A stretch of DNA of 64,000 nucleotides from the human T2T-CHM13v2.0 reference genome, Homo sapiens. A program made the position numbers and the translations under genes. Below are positions 46,606 through 62,684 of this stretch, in pieces. Numbering within the stretch: the first letter of the stretch is position 1; every line of letters starts with the position of its first letter. The DNA lies in assembly GCF_009914755.1 (NCBI RefSeq), contig NC_060926.1, one strand, 5' to 3'. Below the pieces are notes generated by a model that searched no databases, was not told the origin of the DNA, and worked only from the letters and a program-made list of their open reading frames with translations.

Positions 46606-46922
46606 CTTTCTCTCTTTTTTAGAGACAAGGTTTCATGTTCTTGCCCAAGCTGGGGTGCAGTGGTGTGATAATAACTCACTGTAGCCTTGAACTCCTGGGT
46701 TTAGGCAATCTTTCTGCCTCAGTTTCCCAAGTAGCTGGGACTACAGGCCCACACCACCATGCCTGGCTAATTTTAGTTTTTATAAAATTAAAAAAAAATT
46801 ACTTTAGAGATGGGGTCTTACTATGCTGCCCAGGTTAGTCTTGAACTCCCGACCTCAAGTGATCCTTCTGCATTGACCTCCCAAAGTACTGGGATTACAG
46901 GCTTGAGTCACAGTGCCCAGAC
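46606..46922 (-). mobile_element. AluJ
   Basis: CTCACTGTAGCCTTGAACTCCTGGG (J-type); TSD CCTTTCAAGTT. Confidence 0.9.
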
Positions 46923-49404
46923 CCTTTCAAGTTCTTGACAATCTAGTGGAACTATTAATCACTGCCCATGAATTGATATAAATTCTTATTTTAGGTTTTC
47001 TCTGCTTCTCAGCAAGTGGCCCAGAGGAAGAACTGCTTAAAGTTCTACTTGCTGCAGCAGTCTACGTCTGGTGCCAGCAGGTTAGATAAAAGTATCTGTA
47101 AGTCAGGCTTAAAATGTCCTGTTGGTCAACTGGCCATAGCAAACTTCTCGCCAAACTTTAAGTCTGTAGATGGAGAGGTCATAACATAGCCTGTAAGAGT
47201 AAGACTTCTGCAGTGGATACACCATGAGTGTGAACCACTGACTTATGCCTTCAGGACATCCTGAAGCCTGATTTCATAAATACTATGTCCACTTGAAAAT
47301 GGAGTGCTCCTAGGCACACCTGTATTTATGGATTGTTGAAATCAAATAACACCTAGTTTCCACGTCTCCTGATTTCCTATGATAAGTCATCCAGTCTCTC
47401 CCAGGGCTAAATAGCAAGTCAAGAGCTGTTTCTTGAAATGAGAATTAGTTATTTAACAAAGAGTGCATGATTTTACTATGAAATACTTGAGGTCACTTTT
47501 CCCATTGGGGGTAACTGTAAGGTCCTTACAATGATCTATTCTTCTGCAGACAGTTCAAGCACCGTTGGATCCTCTAGGTCAGAATTCCAGTGAGGCCTTT
47601 GGCTCTACTCACTGCAGTCTTTGGGAGCCTCCAGTAAATGTCACAGAATCAGAGTACAGGTCCTTTATTCTTCCCTCCTTTTTTCCCCTTTGCTTTTCTA
47701 CTTTCCTTCCTTCTTGCACTCATTTATTGAGTTCCCTTTACTCCAGTCTATCCTGCCTGACTACAGAAAGACCCTGCCTCTCACTTCTTGAATGTAATGG
47801 AATCCCTGCCCTTTTCTCCCTATACCCCAAGACTCTCAGCTATAACTTTTATAATTCTGGCACTTTTGACATTATAATAATTAGCAGTTAATTCATTTTT
47901 TAGTAATGTAACTCTTCCTTTTTCTGGAGTCCTGGAACACATCACTAACTCTCCTACATCACTTGACCTTTGTCAGAAACTTTCTAAGTAGAAGAAATGT
48001 GTTGAAGCCACACGTCCTCTTCGTTAGTAGAAGTGTCACATATTAAGCTGAATTGCCGTGGGATCTGGGTTGCTGCTGAAACTGGGTGTTGGGACACATA
48101 ATAACTGCAGGGAACCAGGATTTCAGCCTTATTCTTATTTGAGAGATGTTTCCTCTGAGAGCAGGATATATGTTTCTTCCTATCATAAACTCTGCCTCAG
48201 AAGAGCTCTATGGTCGTTTGGTCTATTACGCCAACAGGCTGTTATCACCGGAGGAAGGACACAGTCTAGCATCTCATCCCAGGTGGTGCTAAAGGCCTAG
48301 AGACATGGACTTGCTGTTGCTCCCTGGGCAGCTTTAGATTCATGGCTTCACTCTTCATGGGTTTGCCAGGTTATTGCACTTTATTCCTCTTTCTTAAAAA
48401 TCCCTTCTTTTTCTTAATTTCTGTTCAGACAAAATGCAATCCCCCATTACACATCATTTGCACATACTTATGGACTAATATTATGAGCCTCCCATTTCTT
48501 ATGAGCCACTCAGTTACTCTTTCTTGTTTCTCGGAGAATTAGCGTTCCTCTTACTACTCCTTGTCACACATTCCCTTCACTTCAGACATGACTTTGTGGC
48601 CTTCTGAAGCCCCAAATCTGGTGCGTCATCCTCAGAGAAATCTCAGTAAATTCACATTATTTCTTTGCTCAGAGGAATAACAGAATTTTGTATATGTACC
48701 CAAACAGTGGCATTTGTTTTCCTCCCTGGCCTAGCTCGTAATATAAACTTCTTTCTAATCTGCTCTTCTTGTTTGCCCCTTGGTGCTTTTTATCATTATT
48801 AGTTTCCTATTTCTTCCAGTCCCTTGGGCATGGTGAATATCTCAGTTGAATGAGTTAGCATTTTTACATTGAATTTTATACAGCTGTGTCTTACCTGTGT
48901 TTCCAAGCTTATTTTATATTAAATATGCTTGCGTTATTTTACCTTTGCTTACTGGTATTTGCAACATCTCTCAGGTTAGAAACATCCAGAAAATCTCATT
49001 AAGTTACTGATCACTCTATCTCCCAGGTCTTCATTAAGATATAAAGATTTAACACTTCAGCACTCCACCCATCATTTCAGTTTCACAGAAGTCTTTGAGG
49101 CAAAATGAGAAAGGACCCTGTGGACGCATCTGTCAGTTTTATTAATACTTTACCTTGTCTGTCATCTGGATCTGCTAATTCATGCATGCTTCTTAGACTT
49201 TCCTATGTCTTCCTTCACTTTTACTTTTCCGTAAGAAATTATCTTTATAAGATGATTCCTATTTATTAATTGTCCATATTTAGAGTCTTTCAGTATTAAA
49301 GATGGACACCCCCCTCCATCTCCATAAATTGTCAAATTGTTGTAGAGGCTAGGGCAACATTCATAGAGTTATTATGTTTTAATATGTTAATTTTTTTTAT
49401 TCAG

Positions 49405-49851
<447 letters not shown>

Positions 49852-50038
49852 TCAGCCAGGCAGCAACACTGTTCTGTGGCCCATTGGCTCTTTACCAGTG
49901 GTTTTGGTTTACTTGGTGAAAACCCAGAGAAAATATCCAGTGAGTCAGCACATCGCTGAGGATGAAGCAACCATAGAGTACTGCTGGAAGGGTTTCAGGA
50001 ATCTCATGGGGAAGGTGACACTTAAAAGGCTGCTCTAA

Positions 50039-50655
<617 letters not shown>

Positions 50656-51516
50656 CTAAAAAGCACCTGTGTGGCCACCTCCTCCATTTGTGACTTCCCT
50701 TCAAGACCTCCTGCCATTCTCCTACAGGGTGCCACAGACTTTCTGATTGTGCCTCCCTCTCCACGTTTGCTATGGGACACTTTGTGTCTGTTTAGAGCAT
50801 TACCACCTTGGAAGCATGGTATTCTTTTAAAGATCATGAATCTCTTTTCCCACCTCTGTCTCTGGTGTGGCACAAATTTAGAAAGACACAACTATTTCAT
50901 TCTCAGGAGAAAGCTAACACAGAACAGTCTAAAGAAAGACACAGAGAACAGTCAAGGTAAATATGTAGAAGATTGCTTTAGTAAACGGGAGGAAGGGTTT
51001 TGTCCAAATGGGCTCAGTGCTATCCGTGTGGCTACAGCTGCTTTGTGAGATTATCTCAGTCACATGCTCTTGCATCAGGACCTCTTCCATGGCAACCCCT
51101 GAACGCACTCTCTCAGTCGTGCCCGCCCTTCTGCTATAGACCCTTCCCTTCTCATCCACACTTGGTGCTGTGGATCCTGCCTTGCCTTGGGTCTGGAACT
51201 TGTTTCCTTGGGTCTCAGCATTGAATCAATCCTTCCAACTTCCATGCCTCACTGCAACTGCTTGAAAACTAACCCAGCCTAGGTCAGACTCCGGATTATC
51301 CTGCTAAGTCAGAAGAGGCGTCAGATGAATTGACGGTTGATCCCTTGGAACAAGGAGGCACCAAAGGCTGAGTGCTGGAAACACTGTATTCTGTAATAGC
51401 CGTCTTCAAGTTTGTCTAGATTAAATTACAGTCGCTCAACTAATCAACATACACTTTGAGCACTCAGTATCGTGAAGTTCTGTTCTGAGCATTTAAAGTG
51501 ATACAGGTGTCCCAAG

Positions 51517-51800
51517 TAGAGTTGCTGGATTTAGCAAATAAAAGCACAGGTGACCCAGTTTAAGTGAATTTTAGAGAAACAATAACTTTTTAGTGCGTGT
51601 TCTAAATACTGCATGGAAACTTTTTTTTAGATTGTATAGAAACTGTGTGGGTGCCAGATGGACAACTCAGCTGACAACCTCTACCCTGAATGAACTTGAA
51701 ATTGAAATATTGCACAGGACAAACTTATGCTAAAAAAGTGGTGTTTATCTGAAATTCAAATTTAACTGGACAACTAGTTGAATTTTATTTGGCAACCCTA
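51517..51800. mobile_element. MER53 palindromic element with a central insertion
   Basis: Termini TAGAGTTGCTGGATTTAGCAAATAAA and TTTATCTGAAATTCAAATTTAACTGG...TTTGGCAACCCTA. Confidence 0.8.
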
Positions 51801-51947
51801 GACCCTAAGGAACGTGCTTTAACTCAAGTAGTCAACAGCCTCATTGGGAGGATGGAGTCACCTGTGCAGCCTGTATTGGTACTAGGCAGCTCCTCACAAG
51901 GGCCAGGAAAATGCCATAGAACAATGAGCTCAGAAATAGAAAACTTT

Positions 51948-52250
<303 letters not shown>

Positions 52251-52303
52251 TTAGAAAACTTCAGCTACATTCAAAGAATCAATAGGCAGAGTTAAAGTGT
52301 GCA

Positions 52304-52432
52304 TGGGAGTGGTGGCTTACACCTGTAATTCCAGCATTTTGGGAGGCTGAGACAGGAAGATCACTTGAGGCTAGGAGTTTGAGACCAGCCTGGACAACAC
52401 AGCAAGGCCCCATCTCTCTAACAAGAGAAAAA
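52304..52432 (+). mobile_element. FLAM / free left Alu monomer
   Basis: Left monomer only; TSD AAAGTGTGCATGGG. Confidence 0.88.
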
Positions 52433-52461
52433 AGTGTGCATGGGGAAGGGATTGAATTTCA

Positions 52462-52821
<360 letters not shown>

Positions 52822-52969
52822 TCATTGTCAGGGGATAAGTAGTCTCAGCTAGAAGAGGAAATTGAGAATGAATGGAAGGGAAAACCAGTTTTGAACTCGG
52901 TTGTCCGTGTTTTTGTTTTTGTTTTTTTTTTCTGGTTAGTGTGGAGCCATTAAAATTTTTCACCATGGG

Positions 52970-53258
<289 letters not shown>

Positions 53259-53429
53259 TTACCATGGGGAAGAAACACTGTGTCATGTTTTTAGATCATA
53301 ATTTCCATGGGAAGAACCTGAGGAGAGAGAGAGAGAGGTTAAGTAATTTGCCTAACACCAGACTTGTCTTATTGTAGACAGGAGAAAGGCCATGTGGATA
53401 CAGTCAACTTTAAACAACTAAGAGTTATA

Positions 53430-53726
53430 CAGATGTTCCTTGCTTATGATGGGAGTCTGTCCTGAATTACCCACCGTTAAGTTGAAAAGATCTTAATTTG
53501 AAAATGCATTTAATACACGTAACTTACTGAACTTCACAGCCTAGCCTAACCTGCTTTAAGTGTGTTCAGACCACTTACATTAGCCTACAGCTGGGCAAAA
53601 TCATTTAATACAAAGCCTATTTTATAACAAAGTGTTGAATATCTCATGTAATATGTTGAATAATATATTGAAAGTATATCGCTTTTACTCCATCAAGTTG
53701 AAAATTTGCAAGTCGAGGACTGTCTA
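53430..53726 (+). mobile_element. MER47A-like Tigger (TcMar) element
   Basis: CAGATGTTCCT...AAAATGCATTTAATACAC...CACTTACATTAGCCTACAG.TGGGCAAAATCAT...AAAGTGTTGAATATCTCATGTAAT. Confidence 0.85.
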
Positions 53727-54896
53727 TCTAAAAACATGACTTTAGGACTGATTTTTTCTTTGTCCATCTTTACTGGATTGTGTAGAAACTGTGTAAGTGG
53801 CAGAGATGCACAACTAACAGCCTCTACCTTGGGTGAACTGTTCTCTTGGCCTCTCGAGATATTTGTAGTTTAGGAAGCATAAAATTTAATATCTACTAAG
53901 GATATTTCTCTCAATACAGGTTCACCTGCTTTACCCTGGCCCAAACACTGGGGTTATCAGGGAGGGCCATCGCCACCTTTATTGCTGCAAGGATCTGGCT
54001 TAGTTTAATCTACTAAACTGTTGTAATGGCCAGCACAGACCCACCCTTTGCCTATTTGTCTCTCTTTTTCAAGAGACATGTAGTGCAATAAGCATGTGAG
54101 CTTTTATCTAAGAGCTGCCAACGTTAGAACTGTTTCTAATCTGTGAAGTTCATAGTGATTATGCTATTTCTGCCTAAGTGTGAGGGCAACATTTCAAGGA
54201 AGGCCCATTCTGTGTGGATAGTCTTAGTGCTTTGATGCTACCCTTATGTGTAGGCAAACCCTAAAATCACACGTCAAATTAACATCAGGAAAACATGAGC
54301 GAATCTTCAGCCTTGTAATTTTCTGGGTGACTGAAATTGCTTCTATGTTAAGTGTTTATAATTTTGTTTTTCATCTGCAGGCTTATATTTTCTACTTTCT
54401 GCATTAACTAATAAATTCCTGTTTTCTGGAATGTACTAGGCCAGAATATCACCTATGAGTGGAGCTGTAGTAGAGACTTAGGAATTAGAAGGGATGTTCA
54501 ACTAAATGACTTTTAGGTTCCCTTTCATTTATGATAATTTGTTATTCTACTTCCTTGGTGACTCAGAATAAAATTACATACTGATTTTCCTACTTGAAAA
54601 CTGTAGTTGATAGGAAAAAAAAGGAGCACAAATATTGATTGCTCATCCATCCTGCCTTTTGTTTAGGTTTATTTGAGTGATACATTACTGAAATTTGTCT
54701 TTTGATAATGATGATTTAATTCTTTAGCAACTATTTATACAATATTGGCCAGTGAAAAATTTCAGATGGTTCTCCATGTTTTAGACTATCAGAGCAATGC
54801 ATTGGTCTGAAACATAACACCCTAGAAGACAAAAGAATGAAAAGAATGAGGTGCACAATACAAGAGTCATTCCGATTAAGATATGGTAGAGAAATC

Positions 54897-55087
54897 TTTT
54901 TTTTTTTTTTTTTTGAGACAAAATCTCACTCTGTAGCCACTGCACCCAGCTAGTTTTTTGTATTTTTAGTAGAGACAGGGTTTCACCATGTTGGCCAGGC
55001 TGGTCTTGAACTCCCGACCTCAGGTAATCCACCGGCCTCGGCCTCCCAGAGTGCTAGGATTACAGGCGTGAGCCACCGTGCCTGGCT
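54897..55087 (-). mobile_element. AluS with most of the right monomer deleted
   Basis: CTCACTCTGT joins directly to AGCCACTGCACCCAGCTA. Confidence 0.9.
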
Positions 55088-55583
55088 GAGAAGCCATTCT
55101 TAAATAGTGGATGACAGTCCTCATAACTCAGAATCAGATAGGAAGCTTTCCCAAAATATGGACTGCTAGACTTTACTTTGTACATTTGGGGTATGACATT
55201 GGAATCCTCTCTTAACTCAGAAGAAGCTGGGCTCTGGCCTTCTACCTACCTAAAAAAAGCTGAGCACTCCCTCTCCCACCAGTGTATGTGCAGATGGGTT
55301 GGGATTATTCTGGGAAGCAATCATTTCTCAGAGTCCCAGACATGATTTGGGGCAATCCCTGCCCACAGCCCTTCAATTCATTTCAGTTTATCTAGTATCC
55401 CTCCTTTGGCTGTGCCAAATCCTGTGCATTTTACACCCAGGTTCTCCTGACTTTCTCTCTCTTCTCCCCATGCATCAGTAAAATCGATCAATCCTATCAC
55501 TACCACAAAACACAGACCTTTCTGCCTGTGGCACCTGCCTTCCTGAACCCCCCTCCTACACTAACCTTAAGATAGGATCCTGA

Positions 55584-56562
<979 letters not shown>

Positions 56563-57110
56563 GGACCCTGCAGGGAAAGATCAGTCTACCAATGCAGGAT
56601 GCCAAATTGACAGGAGATTCTATAAATAGGTGTATTTCAATACCTTTATAAATCTGAGGAATAGTGTACCATTTCATTTTATACATTGACCAATAGATTT
56701 TTTTTTGCATTGTTGGCAGATTGAACTTAGTAAATATTTTTGCTTTTAGCATGGACCTTAAATCACAAACCACAAAATACACAGTTATGTCGTGCGCACT
56801 GTTTCCAAAGGGAGAGAAAATTACCTGCCCAGTCTAAGGTAGTTTAACTTCTGAAAGCGTAGGAAGGTTTATGTTGACTTGTTTGTTTTTCTTTTGGTGC
56901 AAGTTTCACTCCATCCTTAGTAATTGCTTTTGGAAAAGACACTTTAACAGAAAAGTAAACTGTTATACCTGGAAGATTGATTATACGTTTTCTTCCATTT
57001 CTCTGTCCTTATTAATTTTCTGTGACATTTGTGAAAGTCAATATATTGTTCATTTTTTATGACGACATGAAGAAAATGCTCAGCCGTGAGAACCTTTAAA
57101 AAACAAATGA

Positions 57111-57386
57111 GGCCGGGCAAGGTGGCTCATGCCTGTAATACTAGCACTTTGGGAGGCCGAGGTGGGTGCATCACGAGGTCAGGAGATGGAGTCCATCCTG
57201 GCTAACACAGTGAAACCCCGTCTCTACTAAAAATACAAAAAACTAGCTAGGCGTGGTGGGGGTGCCTGTAGTCGCACCCACTCGCGAGGCTGAGGCAGGA
57301 GAATGGTGTGAACCCAGGAGGCGGAGCTTGCAGTGACCTGAGATCGCGCCACTGCACTCCAGCCTGGGTGACAGAGCGAGACTCCT
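57111..57386 (+). mobile_element. AluY lacking a poly(A) tail
   Basis: AluY diagnostics; ends GAGACTCC followed by non-A sequence. Confidence 0.93.
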
Positions 57387-57429
57387 TTTTACAAACAGGG
57401 ACTCCCTGTCCCGAGTCAATTGAACATGT

Positions 57430-59120
57430 TTAGCACGAATATTTTCTAATATGTATATGGGTATTTTAAAGTCTTTTTCTTTCATTGTGAATGTTACATA
57501 TGGTTATTTTTGAAAATGTAGAAATTGAAAAAAGATTTAGGAAGAAAATAAAAACCATTAGTAATTTCTCCATCCAGATATAACCATTATTAATTTTTTT
57601 TTGCAATCACTGATAAATTATATGCTGGTATGTGCATAGTATATATGTTCTCTTTGTTGGACACAGTGATAGCATTTTCACACAATTCTACATTTATTTT
57701 AATTTACCAATATATCATGTAGTCACCCTATATCAGCATATGTAGAGCTACTTTGTTCTTTTTAGAGGCTGTGCAGTGTTCTGTTGTATTGTCCCTGAAG
57801 GTGTTTAGTGTTCTATTGATGCCTATTTAAGTTGTTTTAAATGTTTCGTTATTTAAAATGGGGCACTGAATATCCCTGAATGATACAATTTTATCCACAT
57901 GTGAGTGTATTTGTAAGAGAAAGTTCTAGAAGCAGAATGCAGGGTCAGAGAATGTGCATTTGTAAGTTTGATAGATTGCTCTCCAGAGAGGTTGTAGCAA
58001 TGAATACTTCCATCAGCAAAGTTTCAAACTGTCTGCTTTCCCACACACTCATGCTATCAAACACTTTGGACCTTGTCATTCCAATAGGTGATACTTGTTA
58101 TATCATTTAATTTGCATTTCTCATTATGAAAGAGTTTGAACATCTCTTCCTGTGTTTAAAAACTATTTTAATTTCATTTTCTTTGTATTCACTCTTCAAT
58201 CTCTTAGCCATTTTTCTATATTTTCTGTCATATTTTTAACATTTACTTTTAGGCACCTTTTAAAGAGTAAAGAACCTAGCCCTTTGACTCTAATGTGCTT
58301 GCAAATTGTGTTTTCCTTTCCATTTTGTAATGAGTGTTTTTAATATTAATGATGTTCTCCCCCAGCCTCACCTGGCGTGCCATGCAGGTATTCTTAAAGT
58401 TTTTGTGTCATCAAATTTATCAGCATTTTCTTGTGTGGAGTTTAGATTTTGTTTTCTGTGGAAATACCTTCTTCCTTCCAAAATTATACAGAAAAACTTT
58501 TATTTGTCTTCTATTTTTCATTCTTTGTTTTATTTTACTTTGGCTAAAATTGGAAGCATTGGTTAAAATATTTTTTTTTCTCAAATGGCGACTTAGTTTG
58601 ACTATAGTATACATATACATTAAAAAATCCATCTTGCTTGTTTTGAGTATCATATTTATCATCTCAAATTTCTGTATATATTTGTGTCTATCTTTGGAGT
58701 GTCCTGACCCATTTATTCATCTATTCATGTGCCAATACTTCCTGTTTCAGTTATTGTAACTTTTAAATATGCTTTGTCATCTGGTAGGACTAGTGATCCC
58801 TCGTTACTCTTCTTTTTCAGAATTGTCTCCTTTAAAAAAATCTTGTTGGTATTCTTATGTAGTCCCAGATTTTGAGACATTGGTTTATTTCCAAGTTCGT
58901 TTATTTCCAAGTTTTAACTATTATAAGCAATGGTTTTAAGATTTACTATCAAGATAATTTTGGGGTTTTTTTGCAAATAATCTTTCATTGCATTCTGCTT
59001 TATTTCTTTATAAAAGAATCTTAGATGTGGAATTATTGGGTAAAAATAATTAATTTTCTAAAAGCCTCTTGATGCATACTGTCACACTAACTTTCCAGAA
59101 TCTAGAATACATACTAACAA
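57430..59120 (-). mobile_element. Ancient L1ME 3' fragments
   Basis: Antisense L1ME motifs (TTTAATTTGCATTTCTCATTAT..GAGTTTGAACATCT; GTGGAATTATTGGGTAAAA). Confidence 0.65.
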
Positions 59121-59122
59121 TA

Positions 59123-59781
59123 TGTATTAGTTGTCTTTGGTTGTCTTATGCTGTGTACAAAAATTACCCCCAAATTGAGCTTAAAATAATAAGCATTTAT
59201 TAATGGGTCAGGTATCTGGCCGTGGCTTAACTCAATTCCTCTGGTTCAGGGTCTCTCATAGGACTGCAATCAAGGTGTCTGCCAGTGGTGAATTATCTCA
59301 AGGCTCCACTGAGGCAGGATTTGCTTTTGAGCTCATTCAGGTCACTGTTGGCACACCTCAGGTCCTCGCTGGTTCTTGGCCGGAGAATTATCTCAAGTCT
59401 CCACTGAGGCAGAATTTGCTTCTGAGCTCATTCAGGTCACTGTTGGCATACCTCAGGTCCTCGCTGGTTCTTGGCCGGAGATACCTGGTCCTTGCCACAT
59501 TGGTTTCTCCATAGGCCAGCTCAGAACATGGCAGCTGCTTCTCTCAGAGGGAGCAGGGGAGACAGTAGGAGAGAGGAAGCAACATGAAAGTCATGGGTTT
59601 TTTATTTTTTATTTTTATTTTTGTAGGTAGCTTTGGAAATGACATCTCCCACTTTTGCTCTATTTTGTTTGGTAGTAGCAAGTTACTAAGTCCAGCTCAC
59701 TCATGAGGGTGAGGATTACACAAGGCATGAATTCAAGGAGGCAGGAATCACTAGGGACAATCTGAGAGGCCACCTACCACG
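59123..59781 (-). mobile_element. MLT1F-like LTR with an internal tandem duplication
   Basis: TGTATTAGTT...AAATTACCCCCAAA...ACTAAGTCCAGCTCACTCA...CCTACCAC. Confidence 0.82.
59290..59479. repeat. 95-bp tandem duplication
   Basis: 59290-59384 vs 59385-59479; 4 mismatches by eye. Confidence 0.95.
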
Positions 59782-59939
59782 GAGCTCTAGTTTCATTGCA
59801 TCGTCACCAGCCTGGAGTGTTTGTATGTTGTTAAAACCTTTCAGTTTGATATGTAAAAGTCATTGTATTTTGCTGTAATTTCATTTTCTATTTCTTTTAT
59901 TACTAAGGAAGAAAAGACAATTTATTATTTATTGATTGT

Positions 59940-60240
59940 TTGTTTTTTATTTTTGTTTTTTTGTTTTTGAGATGGAGTCTTGCTCTGTCGCCCAGGCTGG
60001 AGTGGAGTGGCTCACTGCAAGCTCCACCTCCCGGGTTCACGCCATTCTCCTGCCTCAGCCTCGCAAGTAGCTGAGACTACAGGTGGCCGCCACCATGCCC
60101 AGCTAATTTTTTTTTTGTATTTTTAGTAGAGATGGGGTTTCACCATGTTAGCCAGGATGGTCTCGATCTGCTGACCTCGTGATCCGCCCGCCTTGGCCTC
60201 CCAAAGTGCTGGGATTACAGGTATGAGCCACCACGCCTGG
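59940..60240 (-). mobile_element. AluY
   Basis: AluY diagnostics; TSD TTGATT(G/A)TTTGT. Confidence 0.94.
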
Positions 60241-61859
60241 TTGATTATTTGTAATTTTATTCTTTAAATTGACTATTTTCCCCCTTTTTCCTCCTTAAGG
60301 ATCTTAGTTTCCCCATCTCCATAGATTTGTAATGCTAACTTAATTTGGAATTGTGACCCTTCTATGGAAGAAAGAGTGCCCTGTTAACTTCAGGGAGCTG
60401 AGGGAAATACGTATCTCATTTTGTTCTGTGGTTCAATGCTAGTACTTTTTTCTTAACAAAAAGATTGGGGTATTAACTGCAGATACCATTGGGTGGTACT
60501 ACTGAAACTCTCAAACAAAATAATGAAAACTTTGACATTTATTTCCCTGGTTGCCACTGTATTTGTAATAACATATTGACATTTAACGTTTTAACACATG
60601 TTACAGAAGATCTACCAATTTGCAGGCTAATCATTATCATCTAACTTTTTCAATGCAAAATTGGTTAAAACTAATTAAAGTGCCATGCTAAGAATTTGCA
60701 GAACTATAAAAGCCTTATCTATTAAAAGGTTCCAAGAAGGCCAACTCTCAGATAATAAAAAACTTGAATTTTGCTTAGAAGATCAAGAGTTGAATTGCAA
60801 TAAGTAACATCACGTGCAATTGCAGGAAGCTTATTATTTCCTAAGACAATAAAGAAATATTGCAAAGAGAACATCAGACTTGCATCAATCAATATGTGAC
60901 CCTGGGCAAATCATTTAAGCCTGTCGATTTCTTCATCTACAAAAAGGAGACCTATGGCTTTGTTACATATTTCGAAATGCCATGATCATTAATGAAGTAA
61001 TATCTTGAAGACATACCATTTATGGGAATATTTCTTTTTATGACTCTTGATAAATTTTCTGCTTTGGAATTCAGCCCCTTCTGTTGCTAGACAGCTTTAA
61101 TTGTAGGACAGTTATTCCTTACTTTAAGCTAAAGTCTGTCATTTGCTAACTTATCTCCATTCATTGCTGTTTTATACGTTGAAACCACTCTAAGTTTAAT
61201 TCTTCTACTACATTATTAGTACTTAAATACTTTAAATAAACTCCTTAGTTCCCCTAGAAGATTTGTAAAGAATCTGCCCCTAAGCAGAATTCAGTCTAAA
61301 ATAAAATTTGCCTTTTTATTTAGGAAAACCTACTAGAAAACCTGTTTTGTTTAGGAAAACCTGTTTGAGAACCTAGGGGAATTGTCATTTTCTTACGTCA
61401 GATCATAATCACTAAAACCCTTCAATAAAATTCAGCTACAAGTAGTGCTTTAGAATAAAATGACAATTACACACATATATTTGGTCATTATTCTGTGTTT
61501 GCTTAAACATAGAGCAAAATACGGGGCCGACAAAACACAGAAGCATTCTGATAGCTGAGCTCATGCGCATTTGTAAGATGAATTAGACTCACAGGAAAGG
61601 CCTGTTCTGGCAGAAAGATGACTCTAAGTGGGGTGGAGGGCAACAGGGAGCTGGAGGAGGATCTGCTTTACATTTAAGGTTGGACCGTGGGTTGGATGAG
61701 AATGTAGAGAAATTTTCTTTCTAGTGCTATTCCATAGTAAATGCTTAATATATTTATTTGATCTTTTAGTAGGATGATACTTTGCTTTAGTCTTTTGTCT
61801 GGGGTTGGTGAACATACAGAACCTACTATTTTGTTACTGGTCATCTTAAATCTTCATGA

Positions 61860-62330
61860 AATTCAATTTGTTTCATCAATTCATATTTTTGAAGTATGTG
61901 TTATGGGCTATACATTGTACTGGGCACTGGGATTGTTAAAGTGAAATAGGCAAGGTCTCCTTGCTGAGGAAGTTTGTGTTATAGATGAGTGAAAAATAAG
62001 AAAACAAGGAAGATGTTTTCTCCAACGGTCCAGAGAGCCAGGCCTTCCCATGGAGGTGGATCACAAGGCAGAAAAGGGGGTCCCTCGAGGCTTCGCAAAG
62101 GGAGGCTGAGGCTGACTCTTGAAGGCTGAGTGAGGGATGGGAAGGGCATCCGTGGCACAGGACAGAGTACATGCAAAGGCACTGAGGAAAGAAACCACAA
62201 GGCCTATTTAGACAACCACTAGTGGTTGGAAGCAGCTTGAATTAGGAAGCGCAAGAGGAGCAGTGGTAGGAGATAAATCTAGAGAAGGAGCAAAAGGCCA
62301 AATCATATCAACCACATGCAAAGCCCTTTA
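61860..62330 (-). mobile_element. L2 fragment
   Basis: TGTACTGGGCACTGGG...CATGCAAAGGCACTGAGG...GGTAGGAGATAAATCTAGAG. Confidence 0.7.
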
Positions 62331-62684
62331 AAAGAAATTGTATTATGTACTCTCCTTGCTTCCTGTTTTCCCTTAGACTAATTTTCTCATCTTCTACTAC
62401 AAAACTTATTCTACTGACTGTCATTTCCTGATTTATTTTCCTCCAGGCACTACTTCTAAGCACTTCTCCCTGTATGCACACAACCCTGTCCTTATCACCC
62501 AACAGCAGGCCTTTCATTTTGGCTTGGACTCCTGGTTATGGGTTCAGTGAGGCCAGGCTATTTAACTATACTGCTGCTTGTCAGGGGGTTTATGAAATCC
62601 TTAATCAGGGGTTTATGTAAATCAGTGTAAGTTAACTTCTAAAACCTTTATAAAACTGTTTTTATTTTTTTAAGACTAAATCAC

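Noticed and set aside
47600-49400. Continuation of the ERV-L internal region (gag/5' LTR)
   Set aside because: No diagnostic motifs recognised by eye; needs a profile-HMM search.
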